Source: a virus
Reading direction: 5' to 3' (one strand)
DNA length: 64,000 nucleotides
Virus record (IMG/VR): IMGVR_UViG_3300010413_002638
Coordinates: 48,805 to 112,804 of that record
How positions within the stretch are numbered: the first letter of the stretch is position 1; each line of letters starts with the position of its first letter. Positions 9,731-19,009 of this stretch are shown in pieces. The position numbers were made by a program, and so were the translations under genes. The notes below the pieces were generated by a model. It worked only from the letters and a program-made list of their open reading frames with translations, ran no database searches and was not told where the DNA came from.

Positions 9731-10172
9731 CCGGCAAATGGTCCACAGTCTGTGAATCGTATTGTTGCTGAGATAGACAAATCCTGCTCGCTAGCGACCG
9801 GCAGACAGCAAGATTTTCGTTATTGGGCGAATCAACTACAAATCCGACATCTTCGAAGAACCCCACCCATCGTACGAACTCATCTATCTCCTGCTTGTAT
9901 CCTTTCACATCGCCCCTCAAATAATTTAATACTGTCTCGTCGGGGAAGTGCATAATTATTTTAAGTTTTCGACAGGCCGGATTAACAGCGGCCAAAGCCA
10001 ATTTAGCAGCCTGGATCTTAGCCCTATCGATCTCGGAACCACCTAGCCCAAAACCCAACAACCGACACCGCACCTGGTCATTAGAGCTAAACATTAGAAG
10101 AATACCACACGAACTCAATTGCATGACCTCGTTGGCATTCCTGATAGAAATCGCACAGAAAATATCGATCAT
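9717..10172 (-). CDS. RNase HI-fold protein, probably catalytically inactive
   Basis: Secondary-structure pattern IDIFCA..CGILL..RAKIQAAKLAL..IIMHFPDETV parallels RNase HI, but the acidic catalytic residues are altered. Confidence 0.5.
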   Translation of the reverse strand: MIDIFCAISIRNANEVMQLSSCGILLMFSSNDQVRCRLLGFGLGGSEIDRAKIQAAKLALAAVNPACRKLKIIMHFPDETVLNYLRGDVKGYKQEIDEFVRWVGFFEDVGFVVDSPNNENLAVCRSLASRICLSQQQYDSQTVDHLPDEQD

Positions 10173-10663
10173 AGTAGATTATTCTTGAGATCTCGGATCT
10201 CTGGGTAAGTCGATTTGGTATACGATTGTAGGGCACGCAACGCCTCAGCAATCCCCCGCAAAACAGCATTTTTTGCCGCTCGCTTGTCAGGTAGACCCCG
10301 CGACCTACCCACCAACACCAACAATTGATCGGCGTGAGCCTTCACGTTGTCCGGGAATGTCTCATCCTTGGCTTGGGCCTTTATCATCCGTTCATCAAAA
10401 GAACGCTGTAGCCAAATAGCCAAAGATTCAATCACGTGGAAAGACAAATCAGCACATTCTTTCTCCACCCTGGCGAGGCAAGTTTTTCTATTACCCTCAT
10501 TCTCCAAGGCGTTATACAAGTCATCCACCACATCAAGTAATTTCACCAGGAACACTGACAACTGGGGGCTTGGACCGCCCTGCAGCAGAACATGTGTATA
10601 GATGGAATGCTTCAATTCAGCAAGAGATTCGGTGGCCGACGGGCCAATAGGTGTCTGCATCAT
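10169..10663 (-). CDS. hypothetical helical protein
   Basis: 164 aa ORF translationally coupled on both sides. Confidence 0.7.
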   Translation of the reverse strand: MMQTPIGPSATESLAELKHSIYTHVLLQGGPSPQLSVFLVKLLDVVDDLYNALENEGNRKTCLARVEKECADLSFHVIESLAIWLQRSFDERMIKAQAKDETFPDNVKAHADQLLVLVGRSRGLPDKRAAKNAVLRGIAEALRALQSYTKSTYPEIRDLKNNLL

Positions 10664-12081
10664 TACTCACTCGGCATTTTGACGTTCAACATGTATCCAC
10701 CACGGCTCGACGCCAGGAACCGGTCAAACGAAAGACCCCACAACAATGGGTCCAAGACGTGAATCCCCAGCAGAAAACAAACCAGCGAACCGCCAGCACT
10801 TCCACGTGGACTGAAAGGCCAACCTCGTTTCTTTCCGTACTTAATAAGATCCTTGGTGATAAGGAAGTAGCTAGCGAACCCTTTATCAATAAACCGGTTC
10901 AATTCAATACTAGCCTGTTCCCTATAAGTCACCTCGCGGCCATCGATGAGAAATTTGGTCTTACATTTCTCCAATCCACGCCACCGCAATTCCTTAATGA
11001 CCAGTTTACACAACTCATTATCAGCATCAGATATCTCGGGATATTTGGGAGCAGTATCAACACCAAATTTCTCACAGCGATCGGCAACCATTAGGGTATT
11101 ATCGCACAATTGATCAAAAGTTCGGTTGTCTATGCCGTTACTGTAATTGCCGTTACGGAACGTGGCCCATAATTCTGCCCGCGACTTCATGAATTGTTCA
11201 TCACTATTGACATGGAATAGATCCGGCGAATCGATGGTTGTTTCCTGGGCGACAGCCATCATCAGTTTCTGCAATATGAAGTCAGCTCGATTGAGATAAT
11301 GACAATCATTGGTGAGTACAACAGGAATCTTGAAGAAATCAGCGATAGATATCAACTCACGAAATACCTTATCATCCTCTGGGATGCCAGGCATTTGAAC
11401 TTCAAGATAATAGTCCTGGCCGAATGCTTTCTTGAACTTCTTGATGTATTCGACAGCCGCGTCTAATCTGGCCTTCTTTTTCCGCTCGACCAGAACCTTT
11501 CCTTCTTTGTCGGTGAGCTGTTTATAGCGAAGCTCATGAGACACTGGCCCATTTAGACACCCAGACAACACTATGAGTCCTTCGCGAAACTCGCAAAGTT
11601 TATCGAACCAGATCCTATTGTATTGTGTACTACCCATACCGAATAGACCGGTCTCATAAGCTTGGGTTGTCAATCTTACGAGATTATGAAATCCGGTTTC
11701 ATTCTTGCAAAGGACCGTCAAATGTCTATTGCGCCTGATACGGCTGGAAGTGTCTGGATTTTCTTCCTGCCATTCTTTCGAGCGAAATTTGATTCCTTTT
11801 GCCACCAGTTCTTGTCGTAATGGTTCGAAGTCATTGAAGTAAATTTCGCAACCTGGGATGTACTTCAAGCCGTGCTTCTTGAAGGCGAGATACATGTCAG
11901 GCACGGAAGCCATATGGCCGTGCTCTGTAGCACTCATAGCGGAGTAGCCGCGAGCTGCACATTGCTCGGCATACTGTTCTGGCGTAGCCACGCCGTCCAG
12001 AGCTGAAAAGACGGTGTGATTGTGCAGGTGCACGAAATCAGAAGGGCCGGTATATTCTTCAGGACTGAATTCTTCTGACAT
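10663..12081 (-). CDS. dnaE: DNA polymerase III alpha subunit, N-terminal part (PHP domain plus start of palm)
   Basis: FVHLHNHT, TEHG, GCEIY, RHL, LSGC, TNDCHY and RGSAGGSLVCFLLGI motifs. Confidence 0.95.
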   Translation of the reverse strand: MSEEFSPEEYTGPSDFVHLHNHTVFSALDGVATPEQYAEQCAARGYSAMSATEHGHMASVPDMYLAFKKHGLKYIPGCEIYFNDFEPLRQELVAKGIKFRSKEWQEENPDTSSRIRRNRHLTVLCKNETGFHNLVRLTTQAYETGLFGMGSTQYNRIWFDKLCEFREGLIVLSGCLNGPVSHELRYKQLTDKEGKVLVERKKKARLDAAVEYIKKFKKAFGQDYYLEVQMPGIPEDDKVFRELISIADFFKIPVVLTNDCHYLNRADFILQKLMMAVAQETTIDSPDLFHVNSDEQFMKSRAELWATFRNGNYSNGIDNRTFDQLCDNTLMVADRCEKFGVDTAPKYPEISDADNELCKLVIKELRWRGLEKCKTKFLIDGREVTYREQASIELNRFIDKGFASYFLITKDLIKYGKKRGWPFSPRGSAGGSLVCFLLGIHVLDPLLWGLSFDRFLASSRGGYMLNVKMPSE

Positions 12082-12724
12082 TAGCCACTATTTCGTCGTT
12101 GATGTTGTACAATGACTGACTTCTAAACACTGTCTGGCACACTCGCTCGATCAACTCATTATCTAGGTCAGTCGTATCCGGGTAATTAGGCGTCGTTGGT
12201 TGTCTTCCCAAGCGGCGTATAAATCCTTCAAATATCGCTGCCGCGCTAGGCATATTAAAATTACAAGTTTGCCAAAATCTGCATAAGTAATTATATAGCC
12301 TATTTCTGCCACCTTTCTTCAATAACCTGTCGAAGTTATCAACAATAGATTTTACGTGGATCTCTTCTATTTTGGCGGGATCGATCAACTCGATAAAGTA
12401 AGACCTGGCGTAATCGTTGGTGAGATCTGTTTGAAAGATCGTTCGCCTGGACTCTATTACGGCTTGGGTAATTAATTGGCGAACGTTTTCTGCTGAAAGC
12501 CCACATGATAACCCAACGGAAAACGCCTTACTCATATCGCGTAGGCCACGCAACGAATGCCTTTGATCGGTCTTTGCTTGCAACCAATTATCGAGATTCG
12601 GCACCACCATCTTATGCAACGTATTATCAAATAGTTCTGGTAGATTCGCACTGTCGCGGAAATAAAATAGCTCTCCATCGATCTCGAAAACAGTCACCGT
12701 TTTCTCAACATATCTAATAATCAT
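12059..12724 (-). CDS. hypothetical protein
   Basis: ORF of about 220 aa leading the minus-strand replication gene run; start uncertain. Confidence 0.6.
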   Translation of the reverse strand: MIIRYVEKTVTVFEIDGELFYFRDSANLPELFDNTLHKMVVPNLDNWLQAKTDQRHSLRGLRDMSKAFSVGLSCGLSAENVRQLITQAVIESRRTIFQTDLTNDYARSYFIELIDPAKIEEIHVKSIVDNFDRLLKKGGRNRLYNYLCRFWQTCNFNMPSAAAIFEGFIRRLGRQPTTPNYPDTTDLDNELIERVCQTVFRSQSLYNINDEIVANVRRIQS

Positions 12725-13682
12725 GTTATCTAACAATCGAAGAAGAGAAATAAGCGTCGTTGTCGTTTGCGGCGACCAATACCACGATTATCTCCGAACA
12801 GCTATAGACAGCATTCGAAGACAAACCATTCAGCCAGATGAGATAATAATAGTATACGACAACACCGAGCCAAGTATGACCTCCTACCCATATCTACAAA
12901 CACACAATGACAACCCTCTCGCCAGCCGCAGGGACGGATTTGCCGCTACCAGCAAAGAAACAGTCTTTTTCCTAGACGCCGACGACTATATCAGCGATGA
13001 TTATATCGGTTCTGGTCTGGCCCTCAAAACCGACAACAACATAGTCTACTCAGACGTCCGCCTCTTCGGAACAATGAACAAAACATTACGTTATTCACCC
13101 AAATTCATGTCCCAAGAAAACTATCTGCATGTAGCCAGTCTCATCAGTCGCGACGCAATCGACATAGCAGACGCCTTCAACCCAATACCACCAGTCGATT
13201 GCCATGAAGACTGGGTATTCTGGCGGCGATTATTAAAAGCCGGATGCCCAACTATCAAACAACCTGGCATCCACTACCACCGAGAACATGAACACAACCG
13301 TTCCAAGAAAATCGTGCAACACGAATTTCCCATAGCCAAGGGAATCTGGTGTGATACTATTGGCTTCGTTCGCGCGGACGGCCAAGAACACGAAGAGCAA
13401 GTCTTACAACAATGGCCACCAGAACAGAGAGAATTATACACCATAGATAACCCGGATATCAGAGCAATCAACAAAATCCTCCAGAGAACAAACGCTGACT
13501 ATTTGTTATTCTATAGCACAAAAGACCTACAAATGATTAGAATGATGGCAGATCTAGACTACGGTGTGGCAATTGTCCAAGCCCGTGATTTACCAATGTG
13601 GTATGGAACACTCATCGTCGTTGACCTACTCAAAGCTCAATCACCGTCTTACACGTTTAACGGCAAATCGATACTGGTCTAA
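12723..13682 (+). CDS. glycosyltransferase family 2
   Basis: YLRTAIDSIRRQT, FLDADD and HEDW motifs. Confidence 0.85.
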   Translation: MLSNNRRREISVVVVCGDQYHDYLRTAIDSIRRQTIQPDEIIIVYDNTEPSMTSYPYLQTHNDNPLASRRDGFAATSKETVFFLDADDYISDDYIGSGLALKTDNNIVYSDVRLFGTMNKTLRYSPKFMSQENYLHVASLISRDAIDIADAFNPIPPVDCHEDWVFWRRLLKAGCPTIKQPGIHYHREHEHNRSKKIVQHEFPIAKGIWCDTIGFVRADGQEHEEQVLQQWPPEQRELYTIDNPDIRAINKILQRTNADYLLFYSTKDLQMIRMMADLDYGVAIVQARDLPMWYGTLIVVDLLKAQSPSYTFNGKSILV

Positions 13683-14428
13683 TGGTAAACAAGATTTCCA
13701 TATTGATGGCTATCTATAACTGTGCAGATTATCTGCCAGCGTCCATTGAAAGCATATTAGGCCAAACAGTAGGAGATTTCGAATTTATCATCATAGACGA
13801 CGGCTCAGACGAATCGGTAATGGAGATATTAGAATGGTACAACGACAGGCGTATCAAAATTATCAGAGTCGATGAGAATGTCGGCTTGACCCGTTGCCTA
13901 AACATCGCCTTAGACGTAGCTACTGGCAATATATTCGCACGTCATGACGGGGATGATATTGCATTACCAGACAGACTGGCAATAGAATTACCATTACTTA
14001 CTGGGCGTACCGGTCTAGTGAGCTGCTGGGCGGAGCCCATCAACGAAAATGGAGAGATAATCAAAGACGACTGGACAGAGCAAGAATTGCAAAGAGAAGC
14101 TGATGAAGTAGAAAAGTTGATGTCCCAAACAAACTGCGTGTTGGCCCCAGGAGCAATATTCACCAGAGAAGTGTTCGAACGAATAGGATATTTCGATCCA
14201 GAAGTCAGATATGCACAAGATTATAATTACTGGTTGCGATTGATGAACGAGTTTACCATCAACATCGTGCCAGAGGTATTAGTGCAAAAGAGAGTCCATA
14301 AAGAATCAGTGTGGGGCCAAGAAGAAGAGCACGACCAAGATTGGCGACAAATAGCCAAAGACAGAGCCACAACAGATCCAACGATTTTTCAAGTAGAGCA
14401 TCCCCCATTTCATTGGAGAAGGCATTGA
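13682..14428 (+). CDS. glycosyltransferase family 2
   Basis: ISILMAIYN, IIDDGS, ARHDGDD and AQDYNYWLR motifs. Confidence 0.92.
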   Translation: MVNKISILMAIYNCADYLPASIESILGQTVGDFEFIIIDDGSDESVMEILEWYNDRRIKIIRVDENVGLTRCLNIALDVATGNIFARHDGDDIALPDRLAIELPLLTGRTGLVSCWAEPINENGEIIKDDWTEQELQREADEVEKLMSQTNCVLAPGAIFTREVFERIGYFDPEVRYAQDYNYWLRLMNEFTINIVPEVLVQKRVHKESVWGQEEEHDQDWRQIAKDRATTDPTIFQVEHPPFHWRRH

Positions 14429-15618
14429 AACTTTCACATTACGTAGTTCGTACTTTTTCTGGTGAACAAGATATACTTTTTCATACAGTCACAAGAAAAG
14501 TGCTGCTAGCAGATGCCGATGAGAAAACATTGGCAGAGAATTTCTTTTATGCTGGCCAAGAGAAACAAGCTGTCCTGGCGAAACTCGCACAACCACCGGA
14601 TGGTTGGTTTCACTTTCATTTATCTCCGACCTGGGAATGCAACCTTCGCTGTACACATTGCATGGTACGACATAGACTCATCAAAGATGACACCAATATT
14701 CTAGAGGTCGCACCAGTAATTCGTTTAGCACAACAAAGCAAACAACTATTCGACGTACGTCGAATGTCAGTGAACTTCTTCGGTGGCGAAAGCATGCTAG
14801 CCATCGATAAATGCAACGAAATCGTCGATGCGTTCAACGGGATTGATCTTGAACTGATGCACTTTCAGTTGTTCACGAACCTCACCATGGAACTAACCGA
14901 CAAGCATCTTGAATTCTTCCGGCAAGTCGATAGTATCGGCGTCAGCATAGACGGTCTGGAACAGATACACAATGCTCAGCGTATGCCGATTTCTCCCATG
15001 AATCCATTCGAAAAAACGATGCAAAATCTCAAAATATTGGTCAAGCAAGGCTGGAAAGAAAAAATCTCGATACAAGCCTGCCTAAGCGACCAACATAATA
15101 CACTAGATAATAGAGTTTCGTTCTACAGAACCATTCTGCAATTTGGCATTCGTCCACATAGGATTATGATTGGAACTATCGCTCCAACCAAGACCAATCC
15201 CACACCAGGCGACCATTACAAAAAAGGATTGCATCAAGTCAAATTGACTGACGGATTCTGTTGTAAGTATAGATTAAATAATCTGGTCATCGACAACACT
15301 GGGAATGTCTTCTCAGATTATTATTCATACACCAAAATAGGCACAGTGAATGATGACTTATTGATGCTATTGGGTGAAAAAGAAAAAATTACATTAGAAA
15401 CAGCCCCGGCTCTAAATGATCCAAAATGTCAGAAATGCCCAGCACTAGGCTTTTGTTGGGGCGGTTGCTCTGTCACAGAAAATGATGCACCACTTAGTAC
15501 ATATTGTAACCAAGACGGCATCATAGCTGTTATTGAAGAGGCAGCCAAGCTCGGCCAATTTAAGTTAGGAAATGAAAATGGCCTCCCCATCGACAGCCAA
15601 ACCCACTTATTTCACTGA
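14425..15618 (+). CDS. radical SAM/SPASM-domain protein, putative peptide maturase
   Basis: TTG start at 14425 after GGAGAAGG; CNLRCTHC, FFGGE, VSIDG and SPASM-type CQKCPALGFCWGGC...C motifs. Confidence 0.9.
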   Translation: MKLSHYVVRTFSGEQDILFHTVTRKVLLADADEKTLAENFFYAGQEKQAVLAKLAQPPDGWFHFHLSPTWECNLRCTHCMVRHRLIKDDTNILEVAPVIRLAQQSKQLFDVRRMSVNFFGGESMLAIDKCNEIVDAFNGIDLELMHFQLFTNLTMELTDKHLEFFRQVDSIGVSIDGLEQIHNAQRMPISPMNPFEKTMQNLKILVKQGWKEKISIQACLSDQHNTLDNRVSFYRTILQFGIRPHRIMIGTIAPTKTNPTPGDHYKKGLHQVKLTDGFCCKYRLNNLVIDNTGNVFSDYYSYTKIGTVNDDLLMLLGEKEKITLETAPALNDPKCQKCPALGFCWGGCSVTENDAPLSTYCNQDGIIAVIEEAAKLGQFKLGNENGLPIDSQTHLFH

Positions 15619-15850
15619 ACAAGAGAGAAAAGAGCTTGGGCTTCCCGATGACCACGATATAGCCGTACTGTTAGACAGATGTAAGGCAAATGATTTATCC
15701 CCATTTGCTGCCGCCACCAACTCGCTGGGATATGATGTAACCGGCGAGCCGTACTGTTATTGTGGTTTCTGCAAACCAGAGTCCGGGATCAACGGAACCT
15801 GTAATGGCCCCTCGGCGTCTTTATCTGATACAATACCAATCCCACTCTAG
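15572..15850 (+). CDS. Cys-rich small protein, putative RiPP precursor 1
   Basis: 92 aa with core YCYCGFCKPESGINGTC; RBS AGGA; directly follows the rSAM gene; tandem paralog. Confidence 0.75.
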   Translation: MKMASPSTAKPTYFTEQERKELGLPDDHDIAVLLDRCKANDLSPFAAATNSLGYDVTGEPYCYCGFCKPESGINGTCNGPSASLSDTIPIPL

Positions 15851-15858
15851 GAAAGAAA

Positions 15859-16134
15859 ATGACACAATCCCCTACAATCGGCAGGCCCACCTATTTCACT
15901 GAACAAGAGAGAAAAGAGCTTGGACTCCCTGACGACCAAGATATCGCCATAATGTTAGACAGATGCAAAGCAAAGGATTTGTCTCCCTTTGCCGCAGCTA
16001 CTAATTCACTAGGGTATGACGTAACCGGCGAGCCATATTGTTATTGTGGCTTCTGCAAACCAGAATCTGGAATCAACGGAACCTGTGATGGTCCTTCGGC
16101 ATCATTATCACATTCAGTAGCCGGGCCAGAATAA
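15859..16134 (+). CDS. Cys-rich small protein, putative RiPP precursor 2
   Basis: 91 aa; 70/75 aa identical to precursor 1 over the shared region. Confidence 0.75.
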   Translation: MTQSPTIGRPTYFTEQERKELGLPDDQDIAIMLDRCKAKDLSPFAAATNSLGYDVTGEPYCYCGFCKPESGINGTCDGPSASLSHSVAGPE

Positions 16135-16146
16135 AAAGTACACCCT

Positions 16147-17274
16147 GTGATACATTCCTATCTGGAATATTATTCTCATCCGACAATCAAAAATGCCAAA
16201 CGATTGTGGGAATCTATCAGAGAATATGACTATCACGAACCACTAGATGACCTAATCGCTGCTCGCAAAGTCATCAAGCCCAAACTACACTTAGCCGATC
16301 GCTACCTGTTCAGCAACGGAACAGTAGGCAAAACAAGAGCATACCTGATAGGACCGCACGCGGACTTCTGGATCAAACAAATAGAAGACTTCGTAAAATA
16401 TCGAACCACCAGATATATCAATATCCTAGATCTATTATCCTTCAACCACCACAAAATAGCTCGAATGCCCGAGCCGATCACAGACGACTCATATTATTAT
16501 ATTGCTGCAGCAGACTACCGCCAAATTGACAAATTCATACAGGAATTAGCAAGACTCGGTAATTACGGCTTCAACGCCGCGCCGAACACATGGTTATATC
16601 TGCTCAGCCTACCGGCATTTCGAGAATTTCTATCATCCCGCCAGATAATATGCTTATCGACCGGCTGGGACGGATTCTATAAACAACCGCCAACCAATAT
16701 CCATATGAACGATAATATGGTAAATTGGACAACCGGGATGAATTTCTATACCTGCCAGTACGGAACCAGACACTACCTACAAACATTCGCAATCGCACCA
16801 GAAGGCATCGTCAATCTGTTAAACCTGGCTTGCCAACCAGTCTTGCCAGTCGATGATCTCATGCAGATCTCTCCGGTAGTCAAACGTTGTCAGTGTGGAA
16901 GAAATTTTCGCGAAATCTCTTATTTTCCGCATTATATCTGGTTGCCCAAATCATCTGACGGTGAAATAATTTATGATCTACAGCTGGCCGACCACTTTAA
17001 AGCTTCTTATCTGAACTTACAATTTATTCAGATCGGCCAAACAATTGATGTCTTGTATATCTCTAACAGTAACAACGACCTGTTAGAACATGACCAAAAC
17101 ATCATCACCACATTTTTCGAAAGCCATGGATTGGAGACGGTGTTCAAACGTGATAAATATCGTAGTATCAATCGCAAGTACCATGTTTTTCTTAGAATAG
17201 CAGCACCAACCACTTACAAATCCTGGAATCTGGTATGCACCAATTCGCAACCGTCATCACAGCCGACCATATAG
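16147..17274 (+). CDS. phenylacetate-CoA ligase (PaaK)-like adenylate-forming protein, divergent
   Basis: FSNGTVGKTR resembles the TSGTTG.P phosphate loop; DDL..I...RCQCGR resembles the PaaK C-terminal motif. Confidence 0.55.
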   Translation: MIHSYLEYYSHPTIKNAKRLWESIREYDYHEPLDDLIAARKVIKPKLHLADRYLFSNGTVGKTRAYLIGPHADFWIKQIEDFVKYRTTRYINILDLLSFNHHKIARMPEPITDDSYYYIAAADYRQIDKFIQELARLGNYGFNAAPNTWLYLLSLPAFREFLSSRQIICLSTGWDGFYKQPPTNIHMNDNMVNWTTGMNFYTCQYGTRHYLQTFAIAPEGIVNLLNLACQPVLPVDDLMQISPVVKRCQCGRNFREISYFPHYIWLPKSSDGEIIYDLQLADHFKASYLNLQFIQIGQTIDVLYISNSNNDLLEHDQNIITTFFESHGLETVFKRDKYRSINRKYHVFLRIAAPTTYKSWNLVCTNSQPSSQPTI

Positions 17275-18119
17275 ACAAGACGTTGGTGCTTCTTGAATCG
17301 CTCCGAACATTCAATGAAGCCGAATTACACGCACTAGTCATCGACTATAACCCGCGTATAATGGCCAGCGTCGATTTCGACCACTTGTACGTGCATGATC
17401 TCCAAGAATTACTAGGAGATAGAGATCACGGCGTTGTTGCCAGAATCATCGCCAACAAATATGCAAACTTGCGCGACGAATTACGCTGGGCACTCAAAGC
17501 CCCATTCATCAAAAGTTTACGCACAGAACATCCAGAAATCTGCTACGTCGATTGCGACCTATGCTTTTATGCCGACTACCAATTTCTGATGGATAAATTG
17601 GCTACCTCGGCTATCTTGCTCACGCCGCACTGGCGCGAAATAAACCCGATGACTATAGATTTCCGCTACAACTTCAAGCACGGAATCTATAATGCTGGCT
17701 TCGTCGGCTTCGGGAACGGGTGCGAAGAGATGCTCGATTGGTGGGAAGAAATGTGTGCTATCGAATGCACCAAATCCGATCGAGCCTTCACATACGTTGA
17801 CCAACGATATTTGGATCTGGTACCAATCTATTTCAACAATGTCGAAATCATACAACACTTTGGTTGTAATGTCGCAGCCTGGAACACCTCTTATCTCAAA
17901 CGTGAGGTGGTCGATGGAGAAACCTTAATCCAAGGCGAACCTATTATCTTTATCCATTACTCGCCAATCACCATCGATTATGTCGAGAATGGCAAAGATA
18001 ACGCTCTGTATGATTACTACAACCATTATCGACTAGCACTGCGACAAACCCGCAAGAAGCTGGTAGGATTGGGCCTAAAAGACTGCACATCCAAACCAGT
18101 CGAAGACCAAATATTGTAA
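17235..18119 (+). CDS. GT-A fold glycosyltransferase (GT8-like)
   Basis: ELRWALK, YVDCD, LLTPH, YNAGF, DQRYLD and GCNVAAWN motifs. Confidence 0.8.
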   Translation: MHQFATVITADHIDKTLVLLESLRTFNEAELHALVIDYNPRIMASVDFDHLYVHDLQELLGDRDHGVVARIIANKYANLRDELRWALKAPFIKSLRTEHPEICYVDCDLCFYADYQFLMDKLATSAILLTPHWREINPMTIDFRYNFKHGIYNAGFVGFGNGCEEMLDWWEEMCAIECTKSDRAFTYVDQRYLDLVPIYFNNVEIIQHFGCNVAAWNTSYLKREVVDGETLIQGEPIIFIHYSPITIDYVENGKDNALYDYYNHYRLALRQTRKKLVGLGLKDCTSKPVEDQIL

Positions 18120-19009
18120 TGAACCACTTTTCGACTGTTATAACAGCGAACCACCTCGACAAAACCCTCGTATTGCTGGATTCACTCAACGAATTCGGTG
18201 AAGCAACATTACATACCCTCGTTGTTGATGAAATCCCAAACATCCAATTCACCAATCTAATCATTTACAGCCTCAAAGACCTAGCAAAGAAACAATTGGC
18301 CGCCAGAACACTGGCAATAAAACACGCAGAAGAACAAGATGAATTACGATGGGCACTAAAACCCACATTCATGCTACATCTAATGCAAGAATACACCAAG
18401 CTCTGTCACGTAGACGCAGACATCTGCTTCTATGATGAATACCAATTTCTATTCGACGAATTGAACGATTATCCGGTAATCCTCACGCCGCACTGGCGTC
18501 AGATATATCAATATGGGCCAGATTATATCCATAATTTCAGCGACGGCTTGTACAACGCTGGGTTCATTGGGTTTAGCAGAACGGAACACAAGGGCTCGAA
18601 TATGGTGTCAGGTATGAGAGCACTTCGATGGTGGTCGAAAATCTGTGCTAAAGAATGCACGCAATCATCCGAAAATCACACTTACACCGACCAACGATAC
18701 CTGGACCTATTCCCGATCTACTTCCGAGCTAAAGTATTGCGACATTATGGATGTAATGTGGCTGGTTGGAACGCTAGCTATCTACAACGAACCAAGGAAG
18801 ACGAACACATCCTCGTTCGTGGCATGCCACTTATCTTCATCCACTTCTCTGAAATTACAGAACGCACCATCGCGGACGGTCTAGATGATTTATTACGCGA
18901 GCCATACAGAAAATATCTAATCGCATTACAGAAAAAACGCCAGCAGTTGGCAAAAGCAAAACTCGGCATGTGTATTTCTAAACAACGATATCCTTCTCAG
19001 GCAATCTGA
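18119..19009 (+). CDS. GT-A fold glycosyltransferase, tandem paralog of the upstream gene
   Basis: Same motifs (ELRWALK, HVDAD, YNAGF, DQRYLD). Confidence 0.8.
   Translation: MNHFSTVITANHLDKTLVLLDSLNEFGEATLHTLVVDEIPNIQFTNLIIYSLKDLAKKQLAARTLAIKHAEEQDELRWALKPTFMLHLMQEYTKLCHVDADICFYDEYQFLFDELNDYPVILTPHWRQIYQYGPDYIHNFSDGLYNAGFIGFSRTEHKGSNMVSGMRALRWWSKICAKECTQSSENHTYTDQRYLDLFPIYFRAKVLRHYGCNVAGWNASYLQRTKEDEHILVRGMPLIFIHFSEITERTIADGLDDLLREPYRKYLIALQKKRQQLAKAKLGMCISKQRYPSQAI

Noticed and set aside
6624-12081. Split intein joining the two dnaE halves
   Set aside because: No Cys-initiated intein N-fragment at the end of the N-half, and no HN-C/S/T motif at the start of the C-half.
15600-16110. Non-coding DNA repeat or CRISPR-like array
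   Set aside because: Only two copies, with differences concentrated at synonymous codon positions, so this is a coding duplication.
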